A stretch of 64,000 nt of DNA from Eledone cirrhosa (taxonomy: Eukaryota), in NCBI GenBank assembly GCA_964016885.1, contig OZ024744.1:127782001-127846000 (forward strand), in the 5' to 3' direction. The translations under genes were made by a program, and so were the position numbers. The notes beneath the pieces are model-generated. The model was given only the letters and a program-made list of their open reading frames with translations. It had not been told where the DNA came from and made no database searches. Shown in pieces: positions 11,801 through 25,300 of this stretch (position 1 is the first letter of the stretch; every line of letters starts with the position of its first letter).

Positions 11801-14800
11801 TAAGTTGGGGTTAAATTGAGTTGGGGGTAAGTTAAGTTGGGGGTAAGTTAAGTTGGGGTTAAGTTAAGTTGGGGTTAAATTAAGTTGGGGTTGAGTTAAG
11901 TTGGGGTTAAGTTAAGTTGGGGGTAAGTTAAGTTGGGGTTAAGTTAAGTTGGGGTTAAATTAAGTTGAGGTTAAGTTAAGTTGGGGTTAAGTTAAGTTGG
12001 GGTTAAGTTAAGTTGGGGGTAAGATAAGTTGGGGCTAAGTTAAGTTGGGGTTAAGTTAAGTTGGGGTTAATTTAAGTTGGGGTTAAGTTAAGTTGGGGTT
12101 AAGATAAGTTGGGGTTAAGTTAAGTTTGGGTTAAGTTAAGTTGGGGTTGAGTTAATTTGGGGTTAAGTTAAGTTGGGGTTAACTTAAGTTGGGGTTAAGT
12201 TGGGGTTAAGTTAAGTTGGGGTTAAGTTAAGTTGGGGGTAGTTTAAGTTGGGGGCAAGTTAAGTTGGGGTTAAGTTAAGTTGGGGTTAAGTTAAGTTGGG
12301 GGTAAGTTAAGTTGGGGTTAAGTTAAGTTGGGGTTAAGTTAAGTTGGGTTTAAGTTAAGTTGGGGCTAAGTTAAGTTGGGGCTAAGTTAAGTTGGGGCTG
12401 AGTTAAGTTGGGGTTAAGTTAAGTTGGGGTTGAGTTAAGTTGGGGTTATGTTAAGTTAGGGTTGAGTTAAGTTGGGGTTGAGTTAAGTTGGGGTTGAGTT
12501 AAGTAGGGGTTAAGTTAAGTTGGCGTTAAATTAAGTTGGGGTTCAGTTAAGTTGGGGTTAAATTAAGTTGGGGTTAAGTTAAGTTGGGGTTGAGTTAAAT
12601 TGGGGTTAAGTTAAGGTGGGGGTAAGTTAAGTTGGGGTTGAGTTAATTTGGGGTTAAGTTAAGTTGGGGTTAACTTAAGTTGGGGTTAATTTGGGGTTGA
12701 GTTAATTTGTGTTTAAGTTAAGTTGGGGTTAAGTTAAGTTGGGGTTAAGTTAAGTTGGAGTTAAGGTAAGTTGGGGTTAAGTTAAGTTGGAGCTAAGTTA
12801 AGTTGGGGCTAAGTTAAGTTGGGGCTGAGTTAAGTTGGGGTTAAGTTGGGGTTGAGTTAAGTTGGGGTTAAGTTAAGTTGGGATTAAGTTAAGTTGGGGT
12901 TAAGTTAAGTTGGGGTTAAGATAAGTTGGGGTTAAGTTAAGTTGGGGTTAAGTTAAGTTGGGGTTAAGTTGGGGCTAAGTTAAGTTGGGGCTGAGTTAAG
13001 TTGGGGTTAAGTTAAATTGGGGTTGAGTTAAGTTGGGGTTAAGTTAAGTTGGGATTAAGTTAAGTTGGGGTTAAGTTAAGTTCGACTTGAGCTAAGTTGG
13101 GGTTAAGTTAAGTTGGGGTTAATTTAAGTTGGGGTTAAGTTAAGTTGGGGTTAAGATAAGTTGGGGTTAAGTTAAGTTGGGGTTAAGTTAAGATGGGGTT
13201 GAGTTAATTTGGGGTTAAGTTAAGTTGGGGTTAACTTAAGTTGGGGTTAAGTTGGGGTTAAGTTAAGTTGGGGTTAAGTTAAGTTGGGGGTAGGTTGAGT
13301 TGGGGGCAAGTTAAGTTGGGGTTAAGTTAAGTTGGGGTTAAGTTAAGTTGGGTTTAAGTTAAGTTGGGGCTAAGTTAAGTTGGGGCTAAGTTAAGTTGGG
13401 GCTGAGTTAAGTTGGGGTTAAGTTAAGTTGGGGTTGAGTTAAGTTGGGGTTATGTTAAGTTAGGGTTGAGTTAAGTTGGGGTTGAGTTAAGTTGGGGTTG
13501 AGTTAAGTTGGGGTTAATTTAAGTTGGCGTTAAGTTAAGTTGGGGTTAAGTTAAGTTGGGGTTAAGTTAATTTGCGGTTAAGTTAGGTTGTGGGTTAAGT
13601 TAAGTTGGGGTTAAGTTAAGCTGGGGTCAAGTTGGGGTAAGTTAAGTTGGGGGTAAGTTAAGTTGGGGTTAAGTTAAGTTGGGGTTAAGTTAAGTTGGGG
13701 TTAAGTTAAGTTGGGGGTAAGTTAAGTTGGGGTTAATTTGCGGTTAATTAGGTTGTGGGTTAAGTTAAGTTGGGGTTAAGTTAAGCTGGGGATAAGTTGG
13801 GGTAAGTTAAGTTGGGGTTAAGTTAAGTTGGGGTTAAGTTAAGTTGGGGTTAAGTTAAGTTGGGGGTAAGTTAAGTTGGGGGCAAGTTAAGTTGGGGTTA
13901 AGTTAAGTTGGGGTTAAGTTAAGTTGGGGTTAAGTTAAGTTGGGGTTAAGTTAAGTTGGGGTTAAGTTAAGTTAGGGTTAATTTCAGTTGGGGTTATGTT
14001 AAGTTGGGGTTAAGTTAAGTTGGGGTTAAGTTAAAGTTGGGGTTAAGTTAAGTTGGGGTTCAGTTAAGTTGGGGTTAAATTAAGTTGGGGTTAAGTTAAG
14101 TTGGGGTTAGTTAAGTTGGGGTTAAGTTAAGCTGGGGTTAAGTTGGGGTAAGTTAAGTTGGGGGTAAGTTAAGTTGGGGTTAAGTTAAGTTGGGGTTAAC
14201 TTAAGTTGGGGTTGAGTTAAGTTGGGGTTAAGTTAAGTTAGGGTTAATTTCAGTTGGAGTTATGTTAAGTTGGGGTTAAGTTAAGTTGGGGTTAAGTTAA
14301 AGTTGGGGTTAAGTTCAGTTGGGGTTAATTTCAGTTGGGGTTATGTTAAGTTGGGGTTAAGTTAAGTTGGGGTTAAGTTAAAGTTGGGGTTAAGTTAAGT
14401 TGGGGTAAAGTTAAGTTAGGGTTAAGTTAAGTTGGGGTTAAGTTAAGTTGGGGTTAAATTAAGTTGGGGTTAAGTTAAGTTGGGGTTAAGTTAAGTTGGG
14501 GTTAAATTAAGTTGGGGTTCAGTTAAGTTGGGGTTAAATTAAGTTGGGGTTAAGTTAAGTTGGGGTTAGTTAAGTTGGGGTTAAGTTAAGTTGGGGTTAA
14601 GTTAAGTTGGGGTTAAGTTAAGCTGGGGGTAAGTTAAGTTGGGTGTAAGTTAAGTTGGGGTTAAGTTAAGTTGGAGTTAAGTTAAGTTGGGTTTAAATTA
14701 AGTTGGGGTTAAGTTAAGTTGGGGTTATGTTAAGTTGGGGTTAAGTTAAGTTGCGGTTAAGTTAAGTTGGGGTTAAGTTAAGTTGGGGTTAAGTTAAGTT

Positions 14801-15965
14801 GGGGTTAAGTTAAGTTGGAGTTAAGTTAAGTTGGGGTTAACTTAAGTTGGGGTTAAGCTGGGGTTAAGTTAAGTTGGGGTTAAGTTAAGTTGGGGGTTAG
14901 TTAAGTTGGGGGCAAGTTAAGTTGGGGTTAATTTAAGTTGGGGTTAAGTTAAGTTGGGGTTATGTTAAGTTGGGGGTAAGTTAAGTAGGGGTTAAGTTAA
15001 GTTGGGGGTAAGTTAAGTTGGGGGTAAGTTAAGTTGAGGCTAAGTTAAAGTGGGGTTAAGTTGAGTTGGGGTTAAATTGAGTTGGGGGTAAGTTAAGTTG
15101 GGGGTAAGTTAAGTTGGGGTTAAGTTAAGTTGGGGTTAAATTAAGTTGAGGTTAAGTTAAGTTGGGGTTAAGTTAAGTTGGGGTTAAGTTAAGTTGGGGG
15201 TAAGATAAGTTGGGGCTAAGTTAAGTTGGGGCTAAGTCAAGTTGGGGTTAAGTCAAGTTGAGGTTAACTTAAGTTGGGGTTAAGTTAAGTTGGGGTTAAG
15301 TTAAGTTGGGGTTAAGGTAAGTTGGGGTTATGTTAAGTTGGGGCTAAGTTAAGTTGGGGCTAAGTTAAGTTGGGGCTGAGTTAAGTTGGGGTTAAGTTAA
15401 GTTGGGGTTGAGTTAAGTTGGGGTTAAGTTAAGTTGGGATTAAGTTAAGTTGGGGTTAAGTTAAGTTCGGCTTGAGTTAAGTTGGGGTTAAGTTAAGTTG
15501 GGGTTAATTTAAGTTGGGGTTAAGTTAAGTTGGGGTTAAGATAAGTTGGGGTTAAGTTAAATTTGGGTTAAGTTAAGTTGGGGTTGAGTTAATTTGGGGT
15601 TAAGTTAAGTTGGGGTTAACTTAAGTTGGGGTTAAGTTGGGGTTAAGTTAAGTTGGGGTTAAGTTAAGTTGGGGGTAGGTTAAGTTGGGGGCAAGTTAAG
15701 TTGGGGTTAAGTTAAGTTGGGGTTAAGTTAAGTTGGGGGTAAGTTAAGTTGGGGTTAAGTTAAGTTGGGGTTAAGTTAAGTTGGGTTTAAGTTAAGTTGG
15801 GGCTAAGTTAAGTTGGGGCTAAGTTAAGTTGGGGCTGAGTTAAGTTGGGGTTAAGTTAAGTTGGGGTTGAGTTAAGTTGGGGTTATGTTAAGTTAGGGTT
15901 GAGTTAAGTTGGGGTTGAGTTAAGTTGGGGTTGAGTTAAGTAGGGGTTAAGTTAAGTTGGCGTTA
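5870..15965 (+). repeat. Three tandem higher-order units of ~3.1-3.6 kb (about 5.87-9.39, 9.39-12.53, 12.53-15.96 kb)
   Basis: The marker aagtAgggg closes each unit at 9367/12505/15942. Other markers recur once per unit: tttgtgttt ~6018/9568/12706, ttcg(g/a)cttgagct 6384/9961/13083, gaggctaagttaaagtgg ~8461/11519/15036. Confidence 0.8.
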
Positions 15966-16324
15966 AGTTAAGTTGGGGTTAAGTTAAGTTGGGGTCAAGT
16001 TAATTTGCGGTTAAGTTAGGTTGTGGGTTAAGTTAAGTTGGGGTTAAGTTAAGCTGGGGTTAAGTTGGGGTAAGTTAAGTTGGGGGTAAGTTAAGTTGGG
16101 GTTAAGTTAAGTTGGGGTTAAGTTAAGTTGGGGTTGAGTTAAGTTGGGGTTGAGTTAAGTTGGGGTTGAGTTAAGTTGGGGTTAAGTTAAGTTGGGGTTA
16201 AGTTAAGTTGGGGTTAAATTAAGTTGGGGTTAAGTTAAGTTGGGGGTAAGTTAAGTTGGGGTTAAGTTAAGTTGGGGTTAAGTTAAGTTGGGGTTAAGTT
16301 AAGTTGGGTTAAGTTAAGTTAAGG

Positions 16325-19300
16325 TTAATTTCAGTTGGGGTTATGTTAAGTTGGTGTTAAGTTAAGTTGGGGTTAAGTTAAAGTTGGGGTTAAGTTAAGA
16401 TGGGGTAAAGTTAAGTTAGGGTTAAGTTAAGTTGGGGTTAAGTTAAGTTGGGGTTAAATTAAGTTGGGGTTAAGTTAAGTTGGGGTTAAGTTAAGTTGGG
16501 GTTAAATTAAGTTGGGGTTCAGTTAAGTTGGGGTTAAATTAAGTTGGGGTTAAGTTAAGTTGGGGTTAGTTAAGTTGGGGTTAAGTTAAGTTGGGGTTAA
16601 GTTAAGTTGGGGTTAAGTTAAGTTGGAGTTAAGTTAAGATGGGGTTAATTTAAGTTGTGGTTAAGTTAAGTTGGGGTTAAGTTAAGTTGGAGTTAAGTCA
16701 AGTTGGGGTTAAGTCAAGTTGGGGTTAAGTTAAGTTGGGGTTAAGTTAAGTTGGGGTTAAGTTAAGTTGGGGGTAAGTTAAGTTGGGTGTAAGTTAAGTT
16801 GGGGTTAAGTTAAGTTGGGGTTCAGTTCAGTTGGGGTTAAGTTAAGTTGGGGTTAAGTTAAGCTGAGGGTAAGTTAAGTTGGGTGTAAGTTAAGTTGGGG
16901 TTAAGTTAAGTTGGGGTTAATTTAAGTTGGGGTTAAATTAAGTTGGGGTTAAGTTAAGTTGGGGTTATGTTAAGTTGGGGTTAAGTTAAGTTGGGGTTAA
17001 GTTAAGTTGGAGTTAAGTTAAGTTGGGGTTAAGCTAAGTTGGGGTTCAGTTAAGTTGGGGTTAAGTTAATTTGCGGTTAAGTTAAGTTGTGGGTAAGTTA
17101 AGTTGGGGTAAGTTAAGTTGGGGGTAAGTTAAGTTGGGGTTAAGTTAAGTTGGGGCTGAGTTAAGTTGGGGTTAAGTTAAGTTGGGGTTGATTTAAGTTG
17201 GGGTTAAGTTAAGTTGGGATTAAGTTAAGTTGGGGTTAAGTTAAGTTCGGCTTGAGTTAAGTTGGGGTTAAGTTAAGTTGGGGTTAATTTAAGTTGGGGT
17301 TAAGTTAAGTTGGGGTTAAGATAAGTTGGGGTTAAGTTAAGTTGGGGTTAAGTTAAGTTGGGGTTGAGTTAATTTGGGGTTAAGTTAATTTGGGGTTAAC
17401 TTAAGTTGGGGTTAAGTTGGGGTTAAGTTAAGTTGGGGGTAGGTTAAGTTGGGGGCAAGTTAAGGTGGGGTTAAGTTAAGTTGGGTTTAAGTTAAGTTGG
17501 GGCTAAGTTAAGTTGGGGCTAAGTTAAGTTGGGGCTGAGTTAAGTTGGGGGTAAGTTAAGTTGGGTGTAAGTTAAGTTGGGGTTAAGTTAAGTTGGGGTT
17601 CAGTTCAGTTGGGGTTAAGTTAAGTTGGGGTTAAGTTAAGTTGGGGTTAAGTTGGGGTTAAGTTAAGTTGGGGTTGAGTTAAGTTGGGGTTGAGTTAAGT
17701 TGGGGTTAAGTTAAGTTGGGGTTAAGTTAAGTTGGGGTTAAGTTAAGTTGGGGTTAAGTTAAGTTGGGGGTAAGTTAAGTTGGGGGCAAGTTAAGTTGGG
17801 GTTAAGTTAAGTTGGGGTTAAGTTAAGTTGGGGTTAAGTAAGTTAGGGTTAATTTCAGTTGGGGTTATGTTAAGTTGGGGTTAAGTTAAGTTGGGGTTAA
17901 GTTAAAGTTGGGGTTAAGTTAAGTTGGGGTAAAGTTAAGTTAGGGTTAAGTTAAGTTGGGGTTAAGTTAAGTTGGGGTTAAATTAAGTTGGGGTTAAGTT
18001 AAGTTGGGGTTAAGTTAAGTTGGGGTTAAATTAAGTTGGGGTTCAGTTAAGTTGGGGTTAAGTTAAGGTGGGGGTAAGTTAAGTTGGGGTTGAGTTAATT
18101 TGGGGTTAAGTTAAGTTGGGGTTAACTTAAGTTGGGGTTAAGTTGGGGTTGAGTTAATTTGTGTTTAAGTTAAGTTGGGCTTAACTTAAGTTGGGGTTAA
18201 GTTAAGTTGGGGTTAAGTTAAGTTGGAGTTAAGGTAAGTTGGGGTTAAGTTAAGTTGGAGCTAAGTTAAGTTGGGGCTAAGTTAAGTTGGGGCTGAGTTA
18301 AGTTGGGGTTAAGTTGGGGTTGAGTTAAGTTGGGGTTAAGTTAAGTTGGGATTAAGTTAAGTTGGGGTTAAGTTAAGTTGGGGTTAAGATAAGTTGGGGT
18401 TAAGTTAAGTTGGGGTTAAGTTAAGTTGGGGTTGAGTTAATTTGGGGTTAAGTTAAGTTGGGGTTAACTTAAGTTGGGGTTAAGTTAAGTTGGGGTTAAG
18501 TTAAGTTGGGGGTAAGTTAAGTTGGGGGCAAGTTGAGTTGGGGTTGAGTTAAATTGGGGTTAAGTTAAGGTGGGGGTAAGTTAAGTTGGGGGTAAGTTAA
18601 GTTGGGGTTAAGTTAAGTTGGGGGTAAATTAAGTTGGGGTTAAGTTAAGTTGGGTTTAAGTTAAGTTGGGGCTAAGTTAAGTTGGGTCTAATTTAAGTTG
18701 GGGCTGAGTTAAGTTGGGGTTAAGTTAAGTTGGGGTTAAGTCGGGGTTAAGTTAAGCTGGGGTTAAGTTAAGTTGGGGGTAAGTTAAGTTGGGGGTAAGT
18801 TAAGTTGGGGTTAAGTTAAGTTGGGGTTAAATTAAGTTGAGGTTAAGTTAAGTTGGGGTTAAGTTAAGTTGGGGTTAAGTTAAGTTGGGGGTAAGATAAG
18901 TTGGGGCTAAGTTAAGTTGGGGCTAAGTCAAGTTGGGGTTAAGTCAAGTTGAGGTTAACTTAAGTTGGGGTTAAGTTAAGTTGGGGTTAAGTTAAGTTGG
19001 AGTTAAGGTAAGTTGGGGTTGTGTTAAGTTGGGACTAAGTTAAGTTGGGGCTAAGTTAAGTTGGGGCTGAGTTAAGTTGGGGTTAAGTTAAGTTGGGGTT
19101 GAGTTAAGTTGGGGTTAAGTTAAGTTGGGATTAATTTAAGTTGGGGTTAATTTAAGTTGGGGTTAAGATAAGTTGGGGTTAAGTTAAGTTGGGGTTAAGT
19201 TAAGTTGGGGTTGAGTTAATTTGGGGTTAAGTTAAGTTGGGGTTAACTTAAGTTGGGGTTAAGTTGGGGTTAAGTTAAGTTGAGGTTAAGTTAAGTTGGG

Positions 19301-22300
19301 GGTAGGTTAAATTGGGGGCAAGTTAAGTTGGGGTTAAGTTAAGTTGGGGTTAAGTTAAGTTGGGGGTAAGTTAAGTTGGGGTTAAGTTAAGTTGGGGCTA
19401 AGTTAAGTTGGGGCTGAGTTAAGCTGGGGTTAAGTTAAGTTGGGGTTGAGTTAAGTTGGGGTTATGTTAAGTTAGGGTTGAGTTAAGTTGGGGTTGAGTT
19501 AAGTTGGGGTTGAGTTAAGTTGGGGTTAAGTTACATTGGCGTTAAGTTAAGTTGGGGTTAAGTTAAGTTGGGGTTAAGTTAATTTGCGGTTAAGTTAGGT
19601 TGTGGGTTAAGTTAAGTTGGGTTTAAGTTAAGCTGGGGTTAAGTTGGGGTAAGTTAAGTTGGGGGTAAGTTAAGTTGGGGTTAAGTTAAGTTGGGGTTAA
19701 GTTAAGTTGGGGTTAAGTTAAGTTGGGGTTAAGTTAAGTTGGGGTTGAGTTAAGTTGGGGTTGAGTTAAGTTGGGGTTAAGTTAAGTTGGGGTTAAGTTA
19801 AGTTGGGGTTAAGTTAAGTTGGGGTTAAGTTAAGTTGGGGGTAAGTTAAGTTGGGGGCAAGTTAAGTTGGGGTTAAGTTAAGTTGGGGTTAAGTTAAGTT
19901 AGGGTTAATTTCAGTTGGGGTTATGTTAAGTTGGGGTTAAGTTAAGTTGGGGTTAAGTTAAGTTGGGGGTAAGTTAAGTTGGGTGTAAGTTAAGTTGTGG
20001 TTAAGTTAAGTTGGGGTTCAGTTCAGTTGGGGTTAAGTTAAGTTGGGGTTAAGTTAAGCTGGGGGTAAGTTAAGTTCGGTGTAAGTTAAGTTGGGGTTAA
20101 GTTAAGTTGGGGTTTAGTTAAGTTGGGGTTAAGTTAAATTGGGGTTAATTTAAGTTGGGGGTAAGATAAGTTGGGGCTAAGTTAAGTTGGGGCTAAGTCA
20201 AGTTGGGGTTAAGTCAAGTTGAGGTTAACTTAAGTTGGGGTTATGTTAAGTTGGGGTTAAGTTGGGGCTAAGTTAAGTTGGGGCTGAGTTAAGTTGGAGT
20301 TAAGTTAAGTTGGGGTTGAGTTAAGTTGGGGTTAAGTTAAGTTGGGATTAAGTTAAGTTGGGGTTAAGTTAAGTTCGGCTTGAGTTAAGTTGGGGATAAG
20401 TTAAGTTGGGGTTAATTTAAGTTGGGGTTAAGTTAAGTTGGGGTTAAGATAGGTTGGGGTTAAGTTAAGTTGGGGTTAAGTTACGTTGGGGTTGAGTTAA
20501 TTTGGGGTTAAGTTAAGTTGGGGTTAACTTAAGTTGGGGTTAAGTTGGGGTTAAGTTAAGTTGGGGTTAAGTTAAGTTGGGGGTAGGTTAAGTTGGGGGC
20601 AAGTTAAGTTGGGGTTAAGTTAAGTTGGGGTTAAGTTGGGTTTAAGTTAAGTTGGGGCTAAGTTAAGTTGGGGCTAAGTTAAGTTGGGGCTGAGTTAAGT
20701 TGGGGTTAAGTTAAGTTGGGGTTGAGTTAAGTTGGGGTTGAGTTAAGTTGGGGTTGAGTTAAGTTGGGGTTAAGTTAAGTTGGCGTTAAGTTAAGTTGGG
20801 GTTAAGTTAAGTTGGGGTTAAGTTAAGTTGGGGGTAAGTTAAGTTGGGGGCAAGTTAAGTTGGGGTTAAGTTAAGTTGGGGTTAAGTTAAGTTGGGGTTA
20901 AGTTAAGTTAGGGTTAATTTCAGTTGGGGTTATGTTAAGTTGGGGTTAAGTTAAGTTGGGGTTAAGTTAAGTTGGGGGTAAGTTAAGTGGGGTGTAAGTT
21001 AAGTTGGGGTTAAGTTAAGTTGGGGTTCAGTTCAGTTGGGGTTAAGTTAAGTTGGGGTTAAGTTAAGTTGGGGGTTAAGTTAAGTTGGGGGTTAGTTAAG
21101 TTGGGGGCAAGTTAAGTTGGGGTTAATTTAAGTTGGGGTTAAGTTAAGTTGGGGTTATGTTAAGTTGGGGTTAAGTTAAGTTGGGGTTAAGTTAAGTTGG
21201 GGGTAAGTTAAGTTGGGGTTAAGTTAAGTTGGGGGGAAGTTAAGTTGAGGGTAAGTTAAGTTGGGGTTAAGTTAAGTTGGGGTTAAATTAAGATGGGGGT
21301 AAGTTAAGTTGGGGGTAAGTTAAGTTGGGGTTAAGTTAAGTTGGGGTTAAATTAAGTTGAGGTTAAGTTAAGTTGGGGTTAAGTTAAATTGGGGTTATTT
21401 TAAGTTGGGGGTAAGATAAGTTGGGGCTAAGTTAAGTTGGGGCTAAGTCAAGTTGGGGTTAAGTCAAGTTGAGGTTAACTTAAGTTGGGGTTATGTTAAG
21501 TTGGGGTTAAGTTGGGGCTAAGTTAAGTTGGGGCTGAGTTAAGTTGGGGTTAAGTTAAGTTGGGGTTGAGTTAAGTTGGGGTTAAGTTAAGTTGGGATTA
21601 AGTTAAGTTGGGGTTAAGTTAAGTTCGGCTTGAGTTAAGTTGGGGTTAAGTTAAGTTTGGGTTAATTTAAGTTGGGGTTAAGTTAAGTTGGGGTTAAGAT
21701 AAGTTGGGGTTAAGTTAAGTTGGGGTTAAGTTAAGTTGGGGTTGAGTTAATTTGGGGTTAAGTTAAGTTGGGGTTAAGTTGGGGTTAAGTTAAGTTGGGG
21801 TTAAGTTAAGTTGGGGCTAGGTTAAGTTGGGGGCAAGTTAAGTTGGGGTTAAGTTAAGTTGGGGTTAAGTTAAGTTGGGTTTAAGTTAAGTTGGGGCTAA
21901 GTTAAGTTGGGCCTAAGTTAAGTTGGGGCTGAGTTAAGTTGGGGTTAAGTTAAGTTGGGGTTGAGTTAAGTTGGGGTTATGTTAAGTTAGGGTTGAGTTA
22001 AGTTGGGGTTGAGTTAAGTTGGGGTTGAGTTAAGTTGGCGTTAAGTTAAGTTGGGGTTAAGTTAAGTTGGGGTTAAGTTAATTTGCGGTTAAGTTAGGTT
22101 GTGGCTTAAGTTAAGTTGGGGTTAAGTTAAGCTGGGGTTAAGTTGGGGTAAGTTAAGTTGGGGGTAAGTTAAGTTGGGGTTAAGTTAAGTTGGGGTTAAG
22201 TTAAGTTGGGGTTAATTTAAGTTGGGGTTAAGTTAAGTTGGGGTTAAGATAAGTTGGGGTTAAGTTAAGTTTGGGTTAAGTTAAGTTGGGGTTGAGTTAA

Positions 22301-25300
22301 TTTGGGGTTAAGTTAAGTTGGGGTTGAGTTAATTTGGGGTTAAGTTAAGTTGGGGTTAACTTAAGTTGGGGTTAAGTTGGGGTTAAGTTAAGTTGAGGTT
22401 AAGTTAAGTTGGGGGTAGGTTAAATTGGGGGCAAGTTAAGTTGGGGTTAAGTTAAGTTGGGGTTAAGTTAAGTTGGGGGTAAGTTAAGTTGGGGTTAAGT
22501 TAAGTTGGGGCTAAGTTAAGTTGGGGCTGAGTTAAGCTGGGGTTAAGTTAAGTTAGGGTTGAGTTAAGTTGGGGTTGAGTTAAGTTGGGGTTGAGTTGGG
22601 GTTAAGTTAAGTTGAGGTTAAGTTGGGGTTAAGTTAAGTTGAGGTTAAGTTAAGTTGGGGGTAGGTTAAATTGGGGGCAAGTTAAGTTGGGGTTAAGTTA
22701 AGTTGGGGTTGAGTTAAGTTGGGGTTATGTTAAGTTAGGGTTGAGTTAAGTTGGGGTTGAGTTAAGTTGGGGTTGAGTTAAGTTGGGGTTAAGTTACGTT
22801 GGCGTTAAGTTAAGTTGGGGTTAAGTTAAGTTGGGGTTAAGTTAATTTGCGGTTAAGTTAGGTTGTGGGTTAAGTTAAGTTGGGGTTAAGTTAAGCTGGG
22901 GTTAAGTTGGGGTAAGTTAAGTTGGGGGTAAGTTAAGTTGGAGTTAAGTTAAGTTGGGGTTAAGTTAAGTTGGGGTTAAGTTAAGTTGGGGTTAAGTTAA
23001 GTTGGGGTTGAGTTAAGTTGGGGGCAAGTTAAGTTGGGGTTAAGTTAAGTTGGGGTTAAGTTAAGTTGGGGTTAAGTTAAGTTAGGGTTAATTTCAGTTG
23101 GGGTTATGTTAAGTTGGGGTTAAGTTAAGTTGGGGTTAAGTTAAGTTGGGGGTAAGTTAAGTGGGGTGTAAGTTAAGTTGGGGTTAAGTTAAGTTGGGGT
23201 TCAGTTCAGTTGGGGTTAAGTTAAGCTGGGGGTAAGTTAAGTTGGGTGTAAGTTAAGTTGGGGTTAAGTTAAGTTGGGGTTAAGTTAAGTTGGGGGTTAG
23301 TTAAGTTGGGGTTAATTTAAGTTGGGGTTATGTTAAGTTGGGGTTAAGTTAAGTTGGGGTTAAGTTAAGTTGGGGGTAAGTTAAGTTGGGGTTAAGTTAA
23401 GTTGGGGGTAAGTTAAGTTGAGGGTAAGTTAAGTTGGGGTTAAGTTAAGTTGGGGTTAAATTAAGATGGGGGTACGTTAAGTTGGGGGTAAGTTAAGTTG
23501 GGGTTAAGTTAAGTTGGGGTTAAATTAAGTTGAGGTTAAGTTAAGTTGGGGTTAAGTTAAATTGGGGTTAATTTAAGTTGGGGGTAAGATAAGTTGGGGC
23601 TAAGTTAAGTTGGGGCTAAGTCAAGTTGGGGTTAAGTCAAGTTGAGGTTAACTTAAGTTGGGGTTATGTTGGGGCTAAGTTAAGTTGGGGCTGAGTTAAG
23701 TTGGGGTTAAGTTAAGTTGGGGTTGAGTTAAGTTGGGGTTAAGTTAAGTTGGGATTAAGTTAAGTTGGGGTTAATTTAAGTTGGGGTTAAGTTAAGTTGG
23801 GGTTAAGATAAGTTGGGGTTAAGTTAAGTTGGGGTTAAGTTAAGTTGGGGTTGAGTTAATTTGGGGTTAAGTTAAGTTGGGGTTAACTTAAGTTGGGGTT
23901 AAGTTGGGGTTAAGTTAAGTTGGGGTTAAGTTAAGTTGGGGTTAGGTTAAGTTGGGGGCAAGTTAAGTTGGGGTTAAGTTAAGTTGGGGTTAATTTAAGT
24001 TGGGTTTAAGTTAAGTTGGGGCTAAGTTAAGTTGGGGCTAAGTTAAGTTGGGGCTGAGTTAAGTTGGGGTTAAGTTAAGTTGGGGTTGAGTTAAGTTGGG
24101 GTTATGTTAAGTTAGGGTTGAGTTAAGTTGGGGTTGAGTTAAGTTGGGGTTGAGTTAAGTTGGGGTTAAGTTAAGTTGGCGTTAAGTTAAGTTGGGGTTA
24201 AGTTAAGTTGGGATTAAGTTAATTTGCGGTTAAGTTAGGTTGTGGGTTAAGTTAAGTTGGGGTTAAGTTAAGCTGGGGTTAAGTTGGGGTAAGTTAAGTT
24301 GGGGGTAAGTTAAGTTGGGGTTAAGTTAAGTTGGGGTTAAGTTAAGTTGGGGTTAAGTTAAGTTGGGGTTAAGTTAAGTTGGGGTTGAGTTAAGTTGGGG
24401 TTGAGTTAAGTTGGGGTTAAGTTAAGTTGGGGTTAAGTTAAGTTGGGGTTAAGTTAAGTTGGGGTTAAGTTAAGTTGGGGGTAAGTTAAGTTGGGGTTAA
24501 GTTAATTTGCGGTTAAGTTAGGTTGTGGGTTAAGTTAAGTTGGGGTTAAGTTAAGCTAGGGTTAAGTTGGGGTAAGTTAAGTTGGGGTTAAGTTAAGTTG
24601 GGGTTAAGTTAAGTTGGGGTTAAGTTAAGTTGGGGGTAAGTTAAGTTGGGGGCATGTTAAGTTGGGGTTAAGTTAAGTTGGGGTTAAGTTGGGGCTAAGT
24701 TAAGTTGGGGCTGAGTTAATTTGGGGTTAAGTTAAGTTGGGGTTGAGTTAAGTTGGGGTTAAGTTAAGTTGGGATTAAGTTAAGTTGGGGTTAAGTTAAG
24801 TTCGGCTTGAGTTAAGTTCGGCTTGAGTTAAATTGGGGTTAAGTTAAGTTGGGGTTAATTTAAGTTGGGGTTAAGTTAAGTTGGGGTTAAGATAAGTTGG
24901 GGTTAAGTTAAGTTGGGGTTAAGTTAAGTTGGGGTTGAGTTAATTTGGGGTTAAGTTAAGTTGGGGTTAACTTAAGTTGGGGTTAAGTTGGGGTTAAGTT
25001 AAGTTGGGGTTAAGTTAAGTTGGGGGTAGGTTAAGTTGGGGGCAAGTTAAGTTGGGGTTAAGTTAAGTTGGGGTTAAGTTAAGTTGGGTTTAAGTTAAGT
25101 TGGGGCTAAGTTAAGTTGGGGCTAAGTTAAGTTGGGGCTGAGTTAAGTTGGGGTTAAGTTAAGTTGGGGTTGAGTTAAGTTGGGGTTATGTTAAGTTAGG
25201 GTTGAGTTAAGTTGGGGTTGAGTTAAGTTGGGGTTGAGTTAAGTTGGGGTTAAGTTAAGTTGGCGTTAAGTTAAGTTGGGGTTAAGTTAAGTTGGGGTTA

